Source: Bdellovibrionales bacterium RIFOXYD12_FULL_39_22 (GTDB taxonomy: Bacteria; Bdellovibrionota; Bacteriovoracia; Bacteriovoracales; Bacteriovoracaceae). From it: a stretch of DNA of 64,000 bases. Shown here piece by piece: positions 29,827 through 39,877 of this stretch. The stretch lies in assembly GCA_001770205.1 (NCBI GenBank), contig MEQL01000047.1:62001-126000 (forward strand), read 5' to 3'. Both the position numbers and the translations under genes were made by a program. Within the stretch, counting starts at the first letter, position 1. Every line of letters begins with the position of its first letter. The notes beneath the pieces were generated by a model. It was not told the origin of the DNA. It did not search any database and saw nothing but the letters and a program-made list of their open reading frames with translations.

Positions 29827-30984
29827 GTGAATTTTTATTATTATTTTCTTTCCTTGTTACTACTTTTTTCTACCCTTGATCTGCGGGCCGACTCTGATTG
29901 TCTTAATAAATATGAATGGGCCCAAGAAAGTGCGAGAACTCAAGGTGGTGGATGGATTTGGTTTCCCGGAAAAGCAGACGCTCAAACTCTGGAAGAAGCT
30001 TATTTGCGCGCCGAAGGGGCCGCACTAGATAAGCTAGCACTGGAATGTACCATCCCCCATCGGGATTCGAAAATTCACGAACGCTGTGATGAGCAAAATG
30101 GGATTGGTTACCGTGCCTATGTTCGGATCAGTGTTACTGTTAAACAGTGTTCAGATACAAGAAACATCTCCGAAGAAAAAAAATACACCGTTGGTAATAC
30201 CGAACTCATTAAACGTTATGAGCAATTTAAGCGCATGACTGTTGGCAAACTAGATCCCAACGCTTCCATAAATGGTGAGTGTAATGACAAACAGATTGAG
30301 CGCTGCTTGGCACTAGGGCGGCACTACTTTTTATTAGGCGATAAAAAACAGGCCATCGATTACTTCGATATCGGTTGTCGTCATGAACAAGTTATTTCCT
30401 GCTTTAATGCCGGCCTTGCTTCTATCAATATTGGTGCAAATGAAAAGGCGATTGGATATTTTCGCTTGGCATGCATGCAAAATGATGCTCTTGGTTGTTT
30501 TATGTTAGGCAAGCTGGCCGGGAATCTGGCGGATCTAGATCGGGCCTGTACGCTTAAGCATAGTGAGGCCTGTCATGAGGCCAGCATAAAACTCCTAGAG
30601 CGCGACGAATTGGCCAAAGCAGAAAATTATGCCCAGAAGGCATGTACAAATAATTTTGCCAAGGCATGCTACAACTTGGCCTTCATTCACACGAGACTTG
30701 GGGATTCGAAAAAGGCCCATACTTTTTACGAAAAGTCCTGCGAGCAAGGAATTGGAGAAGGATGCCAACACTTGGCCACTTTTTACTATGATAAAAAAGA
30801 TACCACAACCTCTATCAAATACTCCAAAGAGGCCTGTAAACTAGGTATCAACAAGGCCTGTCATAATGTTGGATATCTGCTCTTAAATCAAGGAAATCGG
30901 CTGGAGGCGTCACTCCTTTTACAACTCTCCTGCCAGCGAGGATTACAAGAAAGCTGCACTCTTTTTAAAGCGCAAAAACTGTAG
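29827..30984 (+). CDS. Secreted Cys-rich Sel1-repeat (Hcp-like) protein
   Basis: AGGAGG + GTG; signal peptide; repeated ACx7C units (KACTNNFAKAC, KSCEQGIGEGC). Confidence 0.8.
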   Translation: MNFYYYFLSLLLLFSTLDLRADSDCLNKYEWAQESARTQGGGWIWFPGKADAQTLEEAYLRAEGAALDKLALECTIPHRDSKIHERCDEQNGIGYRAYVRISVTVKQCSDTRNISEEKKYTVGNTELIKRYEQFKRMTVGKLDPNASINGECNDKQIERCLALGRHYFLLGDKKQAIDYFDIGCRHEQVISCFNAGLASINIGANEKAIGYFRLACMQNDALGCFMLGKLAGNLADLDRACTLKHSEACHEASIKLLERDELAKAENYAQKACTNNFAKACYNLAFIHTRLGDSKKAHTFYEKSCEQGIGEGCQHLATFYYDKKDTTTSIKYSKEACKLGINKACHNVGYLLLNQGNRLEASLLLQLSCQRGLQESCTLFKAQKL

Positions 30985-30997
30985 GCAAAAATCATCG

Positions 30998-31792
30998 CTA
31001 AATAACCTTAATAATTTTTCGCACCCTCGCAACCTTGTCTAAATTTATCTCTGCCACTAGGGCCACTTCCCCCTCTCCGGCATCGGCCAAAATCTCTCCC
31101 CATGGATCAACGATTAGCGAATGGCCAAAGGTTTTAATTCTATCATTGTGAACACCCCACTGATCTGTTGCCACTACGAAACACTGATTTTCGATGGCCC
31201 TGGCCCGCACAAGTGTATGCCAGTGCGCTCTCCCGGTTGCTACCGTGAAAGCTGAAGAGATCGATAAAAGATTTGCCCCGGCCTTCATGTAATGGCGATA
31301 TAATTCTGGAAAACGCAGATCAAAACATATTGAAAGGCCAATTTTTAATGCGCCAGCGATGACCATTTTAGGAGAGATCCCCCGCTGATAAATTTTGCTC
31401 TCGTCAATAGCTTCGACATTTCCTCCTAGATCACAAGAAAAAAGGTTCATCTTATCATAGTGGCCAAGATCAGTCCCTTCTGGTGAGAAATTATAACTAC
31501 GATTATAGATTCTTCCATTTTCAACAGTATTAGCACTGCCCCCTAAGACGAAAAGTTTATGTTTAATAGCAATATTGCGAATATTTTCATAGTGATTTAG
31601 GCCATCTCCTTCCTGGCCAACGACAATTTCTCCCACCGACCGGCCGTCCGACATAAAATAAAAACACTCTGGCAAAAAAATTGCCTCCAAATCGGCTGCC
31701 TGCGCTTTCGCGCAAGCAACAAGTTCGTCAATTTTTTTTAAATTTTCACGATAATCAGCACGAGAGGTTAATTGAATAACCGCAATTTTCAC
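30998..31792 (-). CDS. Carbon-nitrogen hydrolase (Nit1/deaminated glutathione amidase-like)
   Basis: Catalytic triad motifs LPEC, YDK, ICFDLRFPE; ARAIENQ; GHSLIVDPWG. Confidence 0.9.
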   Translation of the reverse strand: MKIAVIQLTSRADYRENLKKIDELVACAKAQAADLEAIFLPECFYFMSDGRSVGEIVVGQEGDGLNHYENIRNIAIKHKLFVLGGSANTVENGRIYNRSYNFSPEGTDLGHYDKMNLFSCDLGGNVEAIDESKIYQRGISPKMVIAGALKIGLSICFDLRFPELYRHYMKAGANLLSISSAFTVATGRAHWHTLVRARAIENQCFVVATDQWGVHNDRIKTFGHSLIVDPWGEILADAGEGEVALVAEINLDKVARVRKIIKVI

Positions 31793-33120
31793 AATGAAGA
31801 AATCCTTTTTCCGATCGCATAATACGCCAGCCCTAACTCTAAAACTTTTTCTGTTTTTAGAATATTGCGAGCATCAAAAATAACCGGAGTCCTTAGACGC
31901 TTCTTAATTTCGTGATAGTCCGGAGCACGAAACTCTGACCACTCCGTCATGAGTATCATGCCGTCTGTCTCATTAAGACAATCATACTTATTATGTGTCT
32001 GATAACACTTTCCTTTAGTCGTACTGTCTGATTCCATAAGTTGTTTAAAATTATCTCCGCCCTCGGGATCAAAAAAGTTAACCACCGCACCTTCAGCAAT
32101 TAGGGCGCGGGCCACGTCAATGGCCGGTGCTTCGCGAATATCGTCTGTTTTAGGTTTAAAAGAGACTCCCCATAGGCCAAATTTTTTACCTCGTAAATCG
32201 CCCGCAAAATGTTTTTTAATTTTATGAAACATATAGATTTTTTGCTCATTATTTACCGCTTCTACCGCTTTGATAATCCGCATATCGTAGTCAAAATCGT
32301 TTTTAGCAGTATACATCAAGGCCTTAACATCTTTGGGAAAACAACTTCCTCCATATCCCGGCCCTGGATATAAAAATTGTCCACCAATCCTCTTATCAGA
32401 AGTCATTCCCCTCCGAACCTCTTCAATATCTGCTCCTGTAATGTCGCAAAGTTTCGCAATATCATTGATAAAAGAAATTTTCGTGGCCAAAAAACAGTTC
32501 GAGGCATATTTCGTCATCTCCGCCGAAATATTAGACATGCGATAGATTGGATTCCCCTGCAACATTAGCGGAGCATAGAGTTCTTCCATGATTTTTCCAG
32601 CATAATCATCTTTACAGCCAATAACGACACGATCCGGTTTCATAAAATCATCAAGGGCCGCTCCTTCCTTTAAAAACTCCGGATTATTTACCAGGTAAAA
32701 TTTATTTTTGGTATGCTTGGCAATGGTTGCCTCAATTTCCTTATGCGTGCCAATGGGCACTGTCGATTTTATTACCACAATTGTCTCTGCGGCCAACTCC
32801 GAGGCCACCGAAATAGTTGCTTCCTGCAAATAAGATAAATCCGCCGAACCATCTTCTCCCGAAGGGGTTCCTACTGCCAAAAAAACCACTTTTGAATTTT
32901 TAACAGAACTGTAGTTAGTTGAAAAACTAACACGATTTGCCTTCATATTCCGGCCCATCATATCGGTAAGGCCTGGTTCATAGATGTGTGATTTTCCCTC
33001 TCGTAGGCCGGCAATAACCTTTTCGTTTATATCCACACAGGTAACATCGTGGCCAAATTCTGCAAAACAAACGCCACTGACTAAACCAACATATCCCGTT
33101 CCAATAACTGTTACTTTCAT
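31789..33120 (-). CDS. ugd: UDP-glucose 6-dehydrogenase
   Basis: GTGYVG, KSTVP, NPEFLKEG, GYGGSCFPKD, FKPKTDDIRE. Confidence 0.93.
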   Translation of the reverse strand: MKVTVIGTGYVGLVSGVCFAEFGHDVTCVDINEKVIAGLREGKSHIYEPGLTDMMGRNMKANRVSFSTNYSSVKNSKVVFLAVGTPSGEDGSADLSYLQEATISVASELAAETIVVIKSTVPIGTHKEIEATIAKHTKNKFYLVNNPEFLKEGAALDDFMKPDRVVIGCKDDYAGKIMEELYAPLMLQGNPIYRMSNISAEMTKYASNCFLATKISFINDIAKLCDITGADIEEVRRGMTSDKRIGGQFLYPGPGYGGSCFPKDVKALMYTAKNDFDYDMRIIKAVEAVNNEQKIYMFHKIKKHFAGDLRGKKFGLWGVSFKPKTDDIREAPAIDVARALIAEGAVVNFFDPEGGDNFKQLMESDSTTKGKCYQTHNKYDCLNETDGMILMTEWSEFRAPDYHEIKKRLRTPVIFDARNILKTEKVLELGLAYYAIGKRISSL

Positions 33121-33223
33121 TGCTCCCCCTAGTAATCAAAATTAATCGCTCAAATTATGACTATTCTTTTATAACTTGGCCATGTTACTATTTCCATTAC
33201 AAAAACATGGAGAAATTTGTCCG

Positions 33224-34183
33224 ATGATTAAAATCATTGCTAAATTTGCTTTTGCCATCACCATCATTGGCTGGCTTTTACGTAGTGGGAAGCTAGATTT
33301 ATCGCTTATTTCTCAAATTTTAGATCACCCGTTTAATCTATCTATCGTAATTTGCGTGGCCTTAATAAACTCCCTTTTGACCTCTTATAGATGGAAGTTA
33401 TTACTAGACAACAGCGAGACTGATCGATTGCCGTTATCTCACACCCTCCGCTTGACCTGGATTGGAATTTTTTTTAGTACCGTTTTGCCAGGAGCAGTTA
33501 CCGGCGATTTGATCAAATTGGCCTATGCTAAAAACATCAACAAGAACTCTAGTGGATCTTTCCTACTATCTTCTATTTTTTTAGATCGAATACTGGGACT
33601 TTCCGGACTTATTTTTGTTTTAGGTTTTTTTACCTCCCTCAACTATCACGAATTGGTTTCAAAATCGAATGAACTGGCCGCGCTGATTCACTTTAATCTA
33701 CTCCTCCTTTTTGCTACTTTTTTATTTTTTATCTCTATTTTCATCCACTCTTCTGTACAAAATTTTATTTTATATATAACAAAAAAAATTCCACTGGCCG
33801 GAGAGGCGCTGGCAAAAGTTTTTGGAAAAATCTGGATAATTGGAGGAAATAAAAAAACCATTTTTTTTGCTGTGGCAATTAGTATCGTCGTTCAAACCAT
33901 CAGCGTAATAAGTTTTTATTATCTGGTTTCTCCCTTTGCGCCGAACCTCTCTTTGGCCCAGGCGTTTACTTTTATCCCTATTGGCTTTATTACCATCGCC
34001 ATCCCGATATCTCCGCAAGGCCTTGGCGTTGGTCATTTGATTTTTGCTACTTTGTTTTCACTCTATGAAATAGTAAACGGAGCATCACTCTTTAATATCT
34101 ATTTCGTTGCCACTGTAATAATCAATCTCTTTGGTTGTATTCCTTATTTAACAGCTCGAAGCGAAAAAACAATCAATAACTAA
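33224..34183 (+). CDS. UPF0104 / lysylphosphatidylglycerol-synthase TM (flippase-like) protein
   Basis: YRWKLLL, LPGAVTGD, LDRILG, PISPQGLGV; many TM helices. Confidence 0.85.
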   Translation: MIKIIAKFAFAITIIGWLLRSGKLDLSLISQILDHPFNLSIVICVALINSLLTSYRWKLLLDNSETDRLPLSHTLRLTWIGIFFSTVLPGAVTGDLIKLAYAKNINKNSSGSFLLSSIFLDRILGLSGLIFVLGFFTSLNYHELVSKSNELAALIHFNLLLLFATFLFFISIFIHSSVQNFILYITKKIPLAGEALAKVFGKIWIIGGNKKTIFFAVAISIVVQTISVISFYYLVSPFAPNLSLAQAFTFIPIGFITIAIPISPQGLGVGHLIFATLFSLYEIVNGASLFNIYFVATVIINLFGCIPYLTARSEKTINN

Positions 34184-34199
34184 TTTTACCTATTCCCAA

Positions 34200-35390
34200 T
34201 CAAGCTTTGGGCGATATAAGTTCCCCCAATCTCTTTGACAAAAAATCTGTTAGCGATAAAACTTCTATCCCATCATAGATCGATGACGTGGCAACTTCAC
34301 AGACTAAAACTTTATTATCCACAGCATATTCTTCAGAAAAACTTTTTATCCCTGCCAGATGTTTTTTTCCAATCTCCTTTTGTGCTTTAAATTCTATTGC
34401 CGCAAAAGGTTTTGCAGATTTTGATAAAATAAGATCAACTTCTGTTCCTGCTTGTGTTCTCCAGAAATGCATTTTAATTGGAGCTTTTGAATAGACGATA
34501 TTGGCCCTTATTTCATTTATCAACCACTGCTCAAAAAGTTTGCCACGAAATTCTGGAAATTTAATGCCATCTAACGATCCCAAAATCCCATTAACCACAC
34601 CATTATCAAAAAAATAAAATTTGGGATGCAATGACAGTTGCTTCCGAATACTCTGATCCCACGCCGGCAAAGTATGTCCAATTAAGGTATCCTCTAAGAT
34701 TTGAAAATATCCCTTAACAGTTTTGCCCTTCGTGGCCGCCTCTCTGCTTATATTTTCAAAATTAACAATTTCCGATGTATGTTGGGCCGCCACTTCAAGA
34801 AAACGATGAAAATCACCAACCTTCCGCAATAACGCTTCAAAAATAATCTCTTCTTTTAAATAAACTTCTGTGTAACTACGAAGTTTATCTAGCGCAACCG
34901 CTGGACTATCAAAGTAAATTCCTGGCAATGTACCAATAGTAAGGACTCGCTCCAAATCAAAATTATCCTCTAATTCTGCAAATGTTAGTGGAAATAGATG
35001 GCGAACCAGTGCTCTCCCTCCTAATAAATTAGCACCACCTCTTTTAAGTTTGCGCGCACTGGACCCTGAAAGGATAAAATACACATCTTTGTAACTCTCA
35101 ATTAACTGGTGAATTTCATCGAGTAGTAATGGTATTTTTTGCACTTCATCGACAAAAATACAGCGCACCTGTTTTTTTTCTATCTGATAAATTGCATCCC
35201 TGGAAAATTGCGAAGGATCTTTTTCATAAGTTAAAAAAGAACCACTTAATAGTAAGTTTACTGTCCAATACCTGTTTTCATGGTTTTGTTTTAAAAATGA
35301 CAAAAGTGCAGTGGTTTTGCCAGTTTGCCGTGGGCCAAAGAGAAAAAAAGAATTTTTTGTCGAAAAATCGACCAATTTTCGACTTATCAT
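34200..35390 (-). CDS. AAA_14 ATPase with DUF4143
   Basis: GPRQTGKT, DEVQ, SGSS, LGGRA, PKFYFFDNG, FE...N, WRT...EVD, EFK. Confidence 0.88.
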   Translation of the reverse strand: MISRKLVDFSTKNSFFLFGPRQTGKTTALLSFLKQNHENRYWTVNLLLSGSFLTYEKDPSQFSRDAIYQIEKKQVRCIFVDEVQKIPLLLDEIHQLIESYKDVYFILSGSSARKLKRGGANLLGGRALVRHLFPLTFAELEDNFDLERVLTIGTLPGIYFDSPAVALDKLRSYTEVYLKEEIIFEALLRKVGDFHRFLEVAAQHTSEIVNFENISREAATKGKTVKGYFQILEDTLIGHTLPAWDQSIRKQLSLHPKFYFFDNGVVNGILGSLDGIKFPEFRGKLFEQWLINEIRANIVYSKAPIKMHFWRTQAGTEVDLILSKSAKPFAAIEFKAQKEIGKKHLAGIKSFSEEYAVDNKVLVCEVATSSIYDGIEVLSLTDFLSKRLGELISPKA

Positions 35391-35421
35391 GCAAAAATTT
35401 GACCATTTTGAGCAAAAACAG

Positions 35422-36048
35422 TCAAGGAGAAAAAACAAAAATCTTGTCCGCCCCCAAGTGATTATAGCGCTTAAGCTTACTCTTTAGAAATTCCAGCTTA
35501 ATTAAAAAATCATACTCCATCTTCTTATCATCGTACTTGCGTACAATATCACACTCTTTTTTCAATATTTTTTTAACGGAATTGGCCAAAAGACAGATCC
35601 CATCCAGCATTAGATACTGATTCTCAAAACTGATCGTTCTTCCCACAAAAACATCTCCTGGAAGTAGCGACAAATGGTCATGATCTCGATAAAGAAAAAA
35701 TTTATTATTGTGTAAAAGATCTTTAAAACAAAGTCCCTTTTTATTTTTACGGCCAACAAATTCAAAAAGTGAGTAATTAAAACCCAAAATAGCGTGGGCC
35801 ACTTTTTCATCTATACGATTGTTTAGCATATATTGCTTTATTACCGTGCGAGTCTCTCGCTGAGCAATAAAGTGAAAAAGATACCAATCATTAAAAGAAC
35901 TCATTCGATTTTCATAATCGTTGTCATCATCATTGAGTTTACCGGTTAATGTAAAAAACTTGTGTTTGGCCTCTAGCATTAACTCCGTAAACTCCGGGCC
36001 AGTGTATTCAGATAGGGCATGCTGAACAATTTGTACTATTTTATCCAT
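35422..36048 (-). CDS. Hypothetical protein
   Basis: GGAGGA RBS; 208-aa ORF co-oriented downstream of lepA. Confidence 0.7.
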   Translation of the reverse strand: MDKIVQIVQHALSEYTGPEFTELMLEAKHKFFTLTGKLNDDDNDYENRMSSFNDWYLFHFIAQRETRTVIKQYMLNNRIDEKVAHAILGFNYSLFEFVGRKNKKGLCFKDLLHNNKFFLYRDHDHLSLLPGDVFVGRTISFENQYLMLDGICLLANSVKKILKKECDIVRKYDDKKMEYDFLIKLEFLKSKLKRYNHLGADKIFVFSP

Positions 36049-36074
36049 AACTATTCCTCCGCCGACTCTCTCAA

Positions 36075-37874
36075 TTACTCTTCAATCTTAAGCACGGCAA
36101 GAAAGGCCTCCTGAGAAACTTCCACATTTCCCACCATTTTCATTCTCTTTTTTCCACGCTTTTGCTTTTCTAAAAGTTTTCGTTTTCTGGAAACATCTCC
36201 TCCATAACATTTTGCTAGTACATTTTTACGTAATGCCTTAACCGACTCCCGCGCTACCACTCGTGCTCCAATGGCCGCCTGTATAGCAATATCAAACTGC
36301 TGTCTCTCAATAACTTTTTGCAATCTCTGCACAAGAGCGCGTCCACGAAAAACGGCCTGATCACGATGACAAATCAGTGATAACGCATCTACCTTGTCAC
36401 CATTTAAAAGAATATCTAATTTAATTAGATCAGACTGGCGATAGCCAATCACTTCATAATCCATACTGGCATAACCCTTAGATATCCCCTTTAGCTTGTC
36501 ATAGAAATCAAAAACCATCTCATTTAACGGAATATCATAAATAACTTGAACTCGATCAGCAGTAATATACTTTATCTCTTTTTGCGCGCCTCGCCGATCT
36601 TCACATAGCTTGATAATACGGCCAACATATTCATTGGGAATATGGATAGATATTTCCACGATCGGCTCTTGAATCTCTTCAATGTAGTTTGCCTCTGGCA
36701 AATCTGCCGGATTTTCAATTTCTAGCATCTCGCTACTAGTAAGCATAACCTGATAGCGACAAGAAGGAGCGGTGGAAATCAAATCCTGTTCAAACTCTCG
36801 CTCCAAGCGCTCTTGAATTATATTCATATGCAGTAGGCCCAAAAAGCCACAACGAAAACCAAATCCTAATGCGTTAGAAGTTTCTGGCTCGTAAGTAAAA
36901 GAGGAGTCATTTAAGGCCAGTTTTTCTAGCGACTCTTTTAACTGAGCATATTCGGTAGATTCAACAGGAAACACTCCGCAAAAAACCATCGGCTTTGATT
37001 CTTTGAAGCCATCCAGCAGCGGCGTATCTTTCTTACGCGCATGCACGATAGTATCCCCAATTTTGACATCGCGAACAGTTTTAATGCCACAGATCAACAT
37101 CCCAACTTCTCCGGCCCCCAAAGAAGTTACTTCTTGATAGAAGGGAGCATTGACCCCCATATTCAAAACCTCGTACTCTTGAACACCGTTTTTTAAAAAA
37201 ACTTTATCTTTAATCTTTACTGTCCCCTGAAAAACACGCACAAGTACAATAACGCCCTTATATGGATCAAACCAGGAATCAAAAATAAGCGCTTGCAAAT
37301 CATTATCTACCCCTCCCTTCGGATGAGGCACTTTTTGCACAATGCTCTCTAACAAATCAGTGATGCCAATGCCAGTTTTAGCAGAAACCAAATTTGCCGC
37401 TGAAGCATCAATTCCAATAATCTCTTCAATCTCTTTTTTGGCCCGCTCCACATCCGCATGAGGAAGATCAATCTTATTAATCACTGGCAAAATTTCTAAA
37501 TTATTATCAATGGCCATATATACATTGGCCAAGGTTTGTGCCTCTACTCCTTGAGAAGCATCCACTACCAAAATGGCCCCATCACAAGAAGCAAGAGAGC
37601 GACTAACTTCATAAGAAAAATCAACATGCCCCGGAGTATCAATGAGATTAAGAAAGTAAGTGTTACCATCTTGTGCTTGATATTTAAGCCTTACGGTTTG
37701 TGCCTTGATGGTAATACCACGTTCTCGCTCTATATCCATATTATCTAAAAACTGATCGGTCTTTTCCCGCTCACTAATCGTATTGGTTGCTTCCAATAGA
37801 CGATCGGCCAGGGTAGATTTGCCATGATCAATATGCGCAATAATAGAAAAATTCCGAATATATCGAATATCCAT
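36075..37874 (-). CDS. lepA: Elongation factor 4
   Basis: [52 protein letters not shown]. Confidence 0.98.
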   Translation of the reverse strand: MDIRYIRNFSIIAHIDHGKSTLADRLLEATNTISEREKTDQFLDNMDIERERGITIKAQTVRLKYQAQDGNTYFLNLIDTPGHVDFSYEVSRSLASCDGAILVVDASQGVEAQTLANVYMAIDNNLEILPVINKIDLPHADVERAKKEIEEIIGIDASAANLVSAKTGIGITDLLESIVQKVPHPKGGVDNDLQALIFDSWFDPYKGVIVLVRVFQGTVKIKDKVFLKNGVQEYEVLNMGVNAPFYQEVTSLGAGEVGMLICGIKTVRDVKIGDTIVHARKKDTPLLDGFKESKPMVFCGVFPVESTEYAQLKESLEKLALNDSSFTYEPETSNALGFGFRCGFLGLLHMNIIQERLEREFEQDLISTAPSCRYQVMLTSSEMLEIENPADLPEANYIEEIQEPIVEISIHIPNEYVGRIIKLCEDRRGAQKEIKYITADRVQVIYDIPLNEMVFDFYDKLKGISKGYASMDYEVIGYRQSDLIKLDILLNGDKVDALSLICHRDQAVFRGRALVQRLQKVIERQQFDIAIQAAIGARVVARESVKALRKNVLAKCYGGDVSRKRKLLEKQKRGKKRMKMVGNVEVSQEAFLAVLKIEE

Positions 37875-37909
37875 AGCTAAAAACTACCTCGCTAAAACAT
37901 AGTTACAAT

Positions 37910-39154
37910 TTATGAAAAAACTTCTTGCGAGAGTACCATAAGGTAGTAATCTAGGGAACTATCTTTTCCACGAATTGGAATAACATTAGCAAAACCACTA
38001 AAAACCAGATCCTCACTGTCACTATTTTTCTCTTTCTGCTTCGCTCGAGCAATGGCCTGTACATCTCTGGCATCATAAAGTTCATGATTAACGCTTAAAT
38101 TGCCTCCACCTTCCACAATTTCCTCTTCTTTAACTCTAGCAAAAATCGCCACCTCAGCATTTTCTATTTTGGATCTTCGCTTTATGGCCATATTATAACT
38201 ATCAATAATTGAACGAGGAATAATTGGTTCGGCCATCTCTTTGCCAATAACATCATCCGACTGAACCTGCAAAAGAGAATAGAGCTTGTTATTCATATAA
38301 ATCAACTGCCCCGCGGCATTTGCCACCAAAATAGGTTTTTTCACCATATTTGCCAGCGCATCAAATTTGCGATTTTCCACCTGTATTCGATCTGCTCGCA
38401 ATTCTTCAAAAACCTTAAAGCTGCGAATCATTTTATTCATCTCTCTGGCAATCTCTCCAATCTCGTCATCCTGTCCATAGTAAATAGAAACGTCAAAATT
38501 ACAATCTTGTAATTCTCGGATAGCATCTTTAATCTTCTTAAATGGCAAAGAAATTTTCCCAGGAACTACTAGCGCCAAAATAATTGTCCCCAAAAAACCA
38601 ATTATCAGAGTTATCATCATATTCCGCTTGGTCTCGGTAATAATACTCTTAATTTTACGATTTCTCTCAATAGACTGGGCCATTTGGATATTTTGAAATT
38701 CCGCAAACGCATCCAAAATTTTATCAGAAAAATCCCCAATGTTAGCGATCCCCGAAGTATCGCGATCATAGATAGAGGTTTTACCCAAAACTATTTTTAA
38801 GGACTCAGAATAAGATCTCATCTGCCGAATAACATTATTAATATCTGGATCAACATACATGGAATCCAAGCGCTGCGTTTGTGATATCAAATCTTCGCAG
38901 TTGCTAATTAACTTAGAAATAATATCTTCGGTCGGAGCGTTAGATAAAATCTTGCGCTGGTATTTTAATATAGTAACCGTCGATACCCGCATGGCCTCAA
39001 TCAAAGAGGAAACCTCATCCGATTCGCTGGAAATCTCCGTTATCTTCCTATTTAAGGCATCCAAATAATTAAACACGGTGAAGGCCAAAACCAAAACGAC
39101 CAAAGTCGCAATACCAAAGCTGATAGCAACTCTTCTCTTTAATGATAGATTCAC
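37910..39154 (-). CDS. Membrane sensor with helical periplasmic domain, HAMP and PAS, no kinase
   Basis: Two TMs; HAMP (DEIGEIAREMNKM); PAS (KPILVANAAGQLIYMN...VIGK); no H-box or ATPase motifs. Confidence 0.75.
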   Translation of the reverse strand: MNLSLKRRVAISFGIATLVVLVLAFTVFNYLDALNRKITEISSESDEVSSLIEAMRVSTVTILKYQRKILSNAPTEDIISKLISNCEDLISQTQRLDSMYVDPDINNVIRQMRSYSESLKIVLGKTSIYDRDTSGIANIGDFSDKILDAFAEFQNIQMAQSIERNRKIKSIITETKRNMMITLIIGFLGTIILALVVPGKISLPFKKIKDAIRELQDCNFDVSIYYGQDDEIGEIAREMNKMIRSFKVFEELRADRIQVENRKFDALANMVKKPILVANAAGQLIYMNNKLYSLLQVQSDDVIGKEMAEPIIPRSIIDSYNMAIKRRSKIENAEVAIFARVKEEEIVEGGGNLSVNHELYDARDVQAIARAKQKEKNSDSEDLVFSGFANVIPIRGKDSSLDYYLMVLSQEVFS

Positions 39155-39168
39155 TCTCTACCTCCCAA

Positions 39169-39864
39169 CTATCTCTCTACGATATCTTCAAAAAGCTTAT
39201 TAAAATTGTGCTCACTTCCAACTAACACCACAATATCATCAGCGTCGATAATATCCATCGGCATAGGACAATCATTAATTATTATCTTATACGCTGATTT
39301 ACCATCTTCCGTTATGTATGGCGTCTTCTTCTGAATGGCCACTACGTTTAATGAATAATTTTGCCTGATTTTGCTTTCAATCAAAGTTTTTCCGGCAAAC
39401 TTTTTCCCAATTTTTAGCTCCACCAAAGAGTAACCAGCGGCAAAGTTATAACGCTGCAAAACATGAGGGGCCACAATTTTGGAGGCAATAATCTCTCCCA
39501 TCTCTTCTTCTACCTTGATAATCTCGCTAGCACCAATCTCATGTAAAACGTGCTCGTGCAAATGACTAGTGGCCCGCGCTATAATACGGCCTACCCCCAA
39601 CTTCCGTAACATCGTTACCGCAATAACGCTCATTTCAATATTATCTCCAATGGCCACTAAGGCCACGTCAACATCGGAAATATTCACCGAACGCAAGGCC
39701 CGCTCTTCCGTTACATCCAACGCCACTGCATGAGTCACCTTATCTTTAATTTTATCTACCAGCGCTTCATCTTTATCTATAGCAATTACCTCGGCGCCTT
39801 TTTCATGCAACCCCACCGCTGTTTTTGCCCCAAACGTTCCTAATCCAATTACTGCTGCAATCAT
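39169..39864 (-). CDS. ktrA: Ktr/Trk K+ uptake RCK subunit
   Basis: VIGLGTFG, VAIGDNIE, IIARA; TrkA_C-like tail. Confidence 0.9.
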   Translation of the reverse strand: MIAAVIGLGTFGAKTAVGLHEKGAEVIAIDKDEALVDKIKDKVTHAVALDVTEERALRSVNISDVDVALVAIGDNIEMSVIAVTMLRKLGVGRIIARATSHLHEHVLHEIGASEIIKVEEEMGEIIASKIVAPHVLQRYNFAAGYSLVELKIGKKFAGKTLIESKIRQNYSLNVVAIQKKTPYITEDGKSAYKIIINDCPMPMDIIDADDIVVLVGSEHNFNKLFEDIVER

Positions 39865-39877
39865 TCTTCCTCCTCAT

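Noticed and set aside
34200..35390. AAA_14-DUF4143 gene as part of a defence island
   Set aside because: Common solitary family; no neighbouring defence or mobility genes
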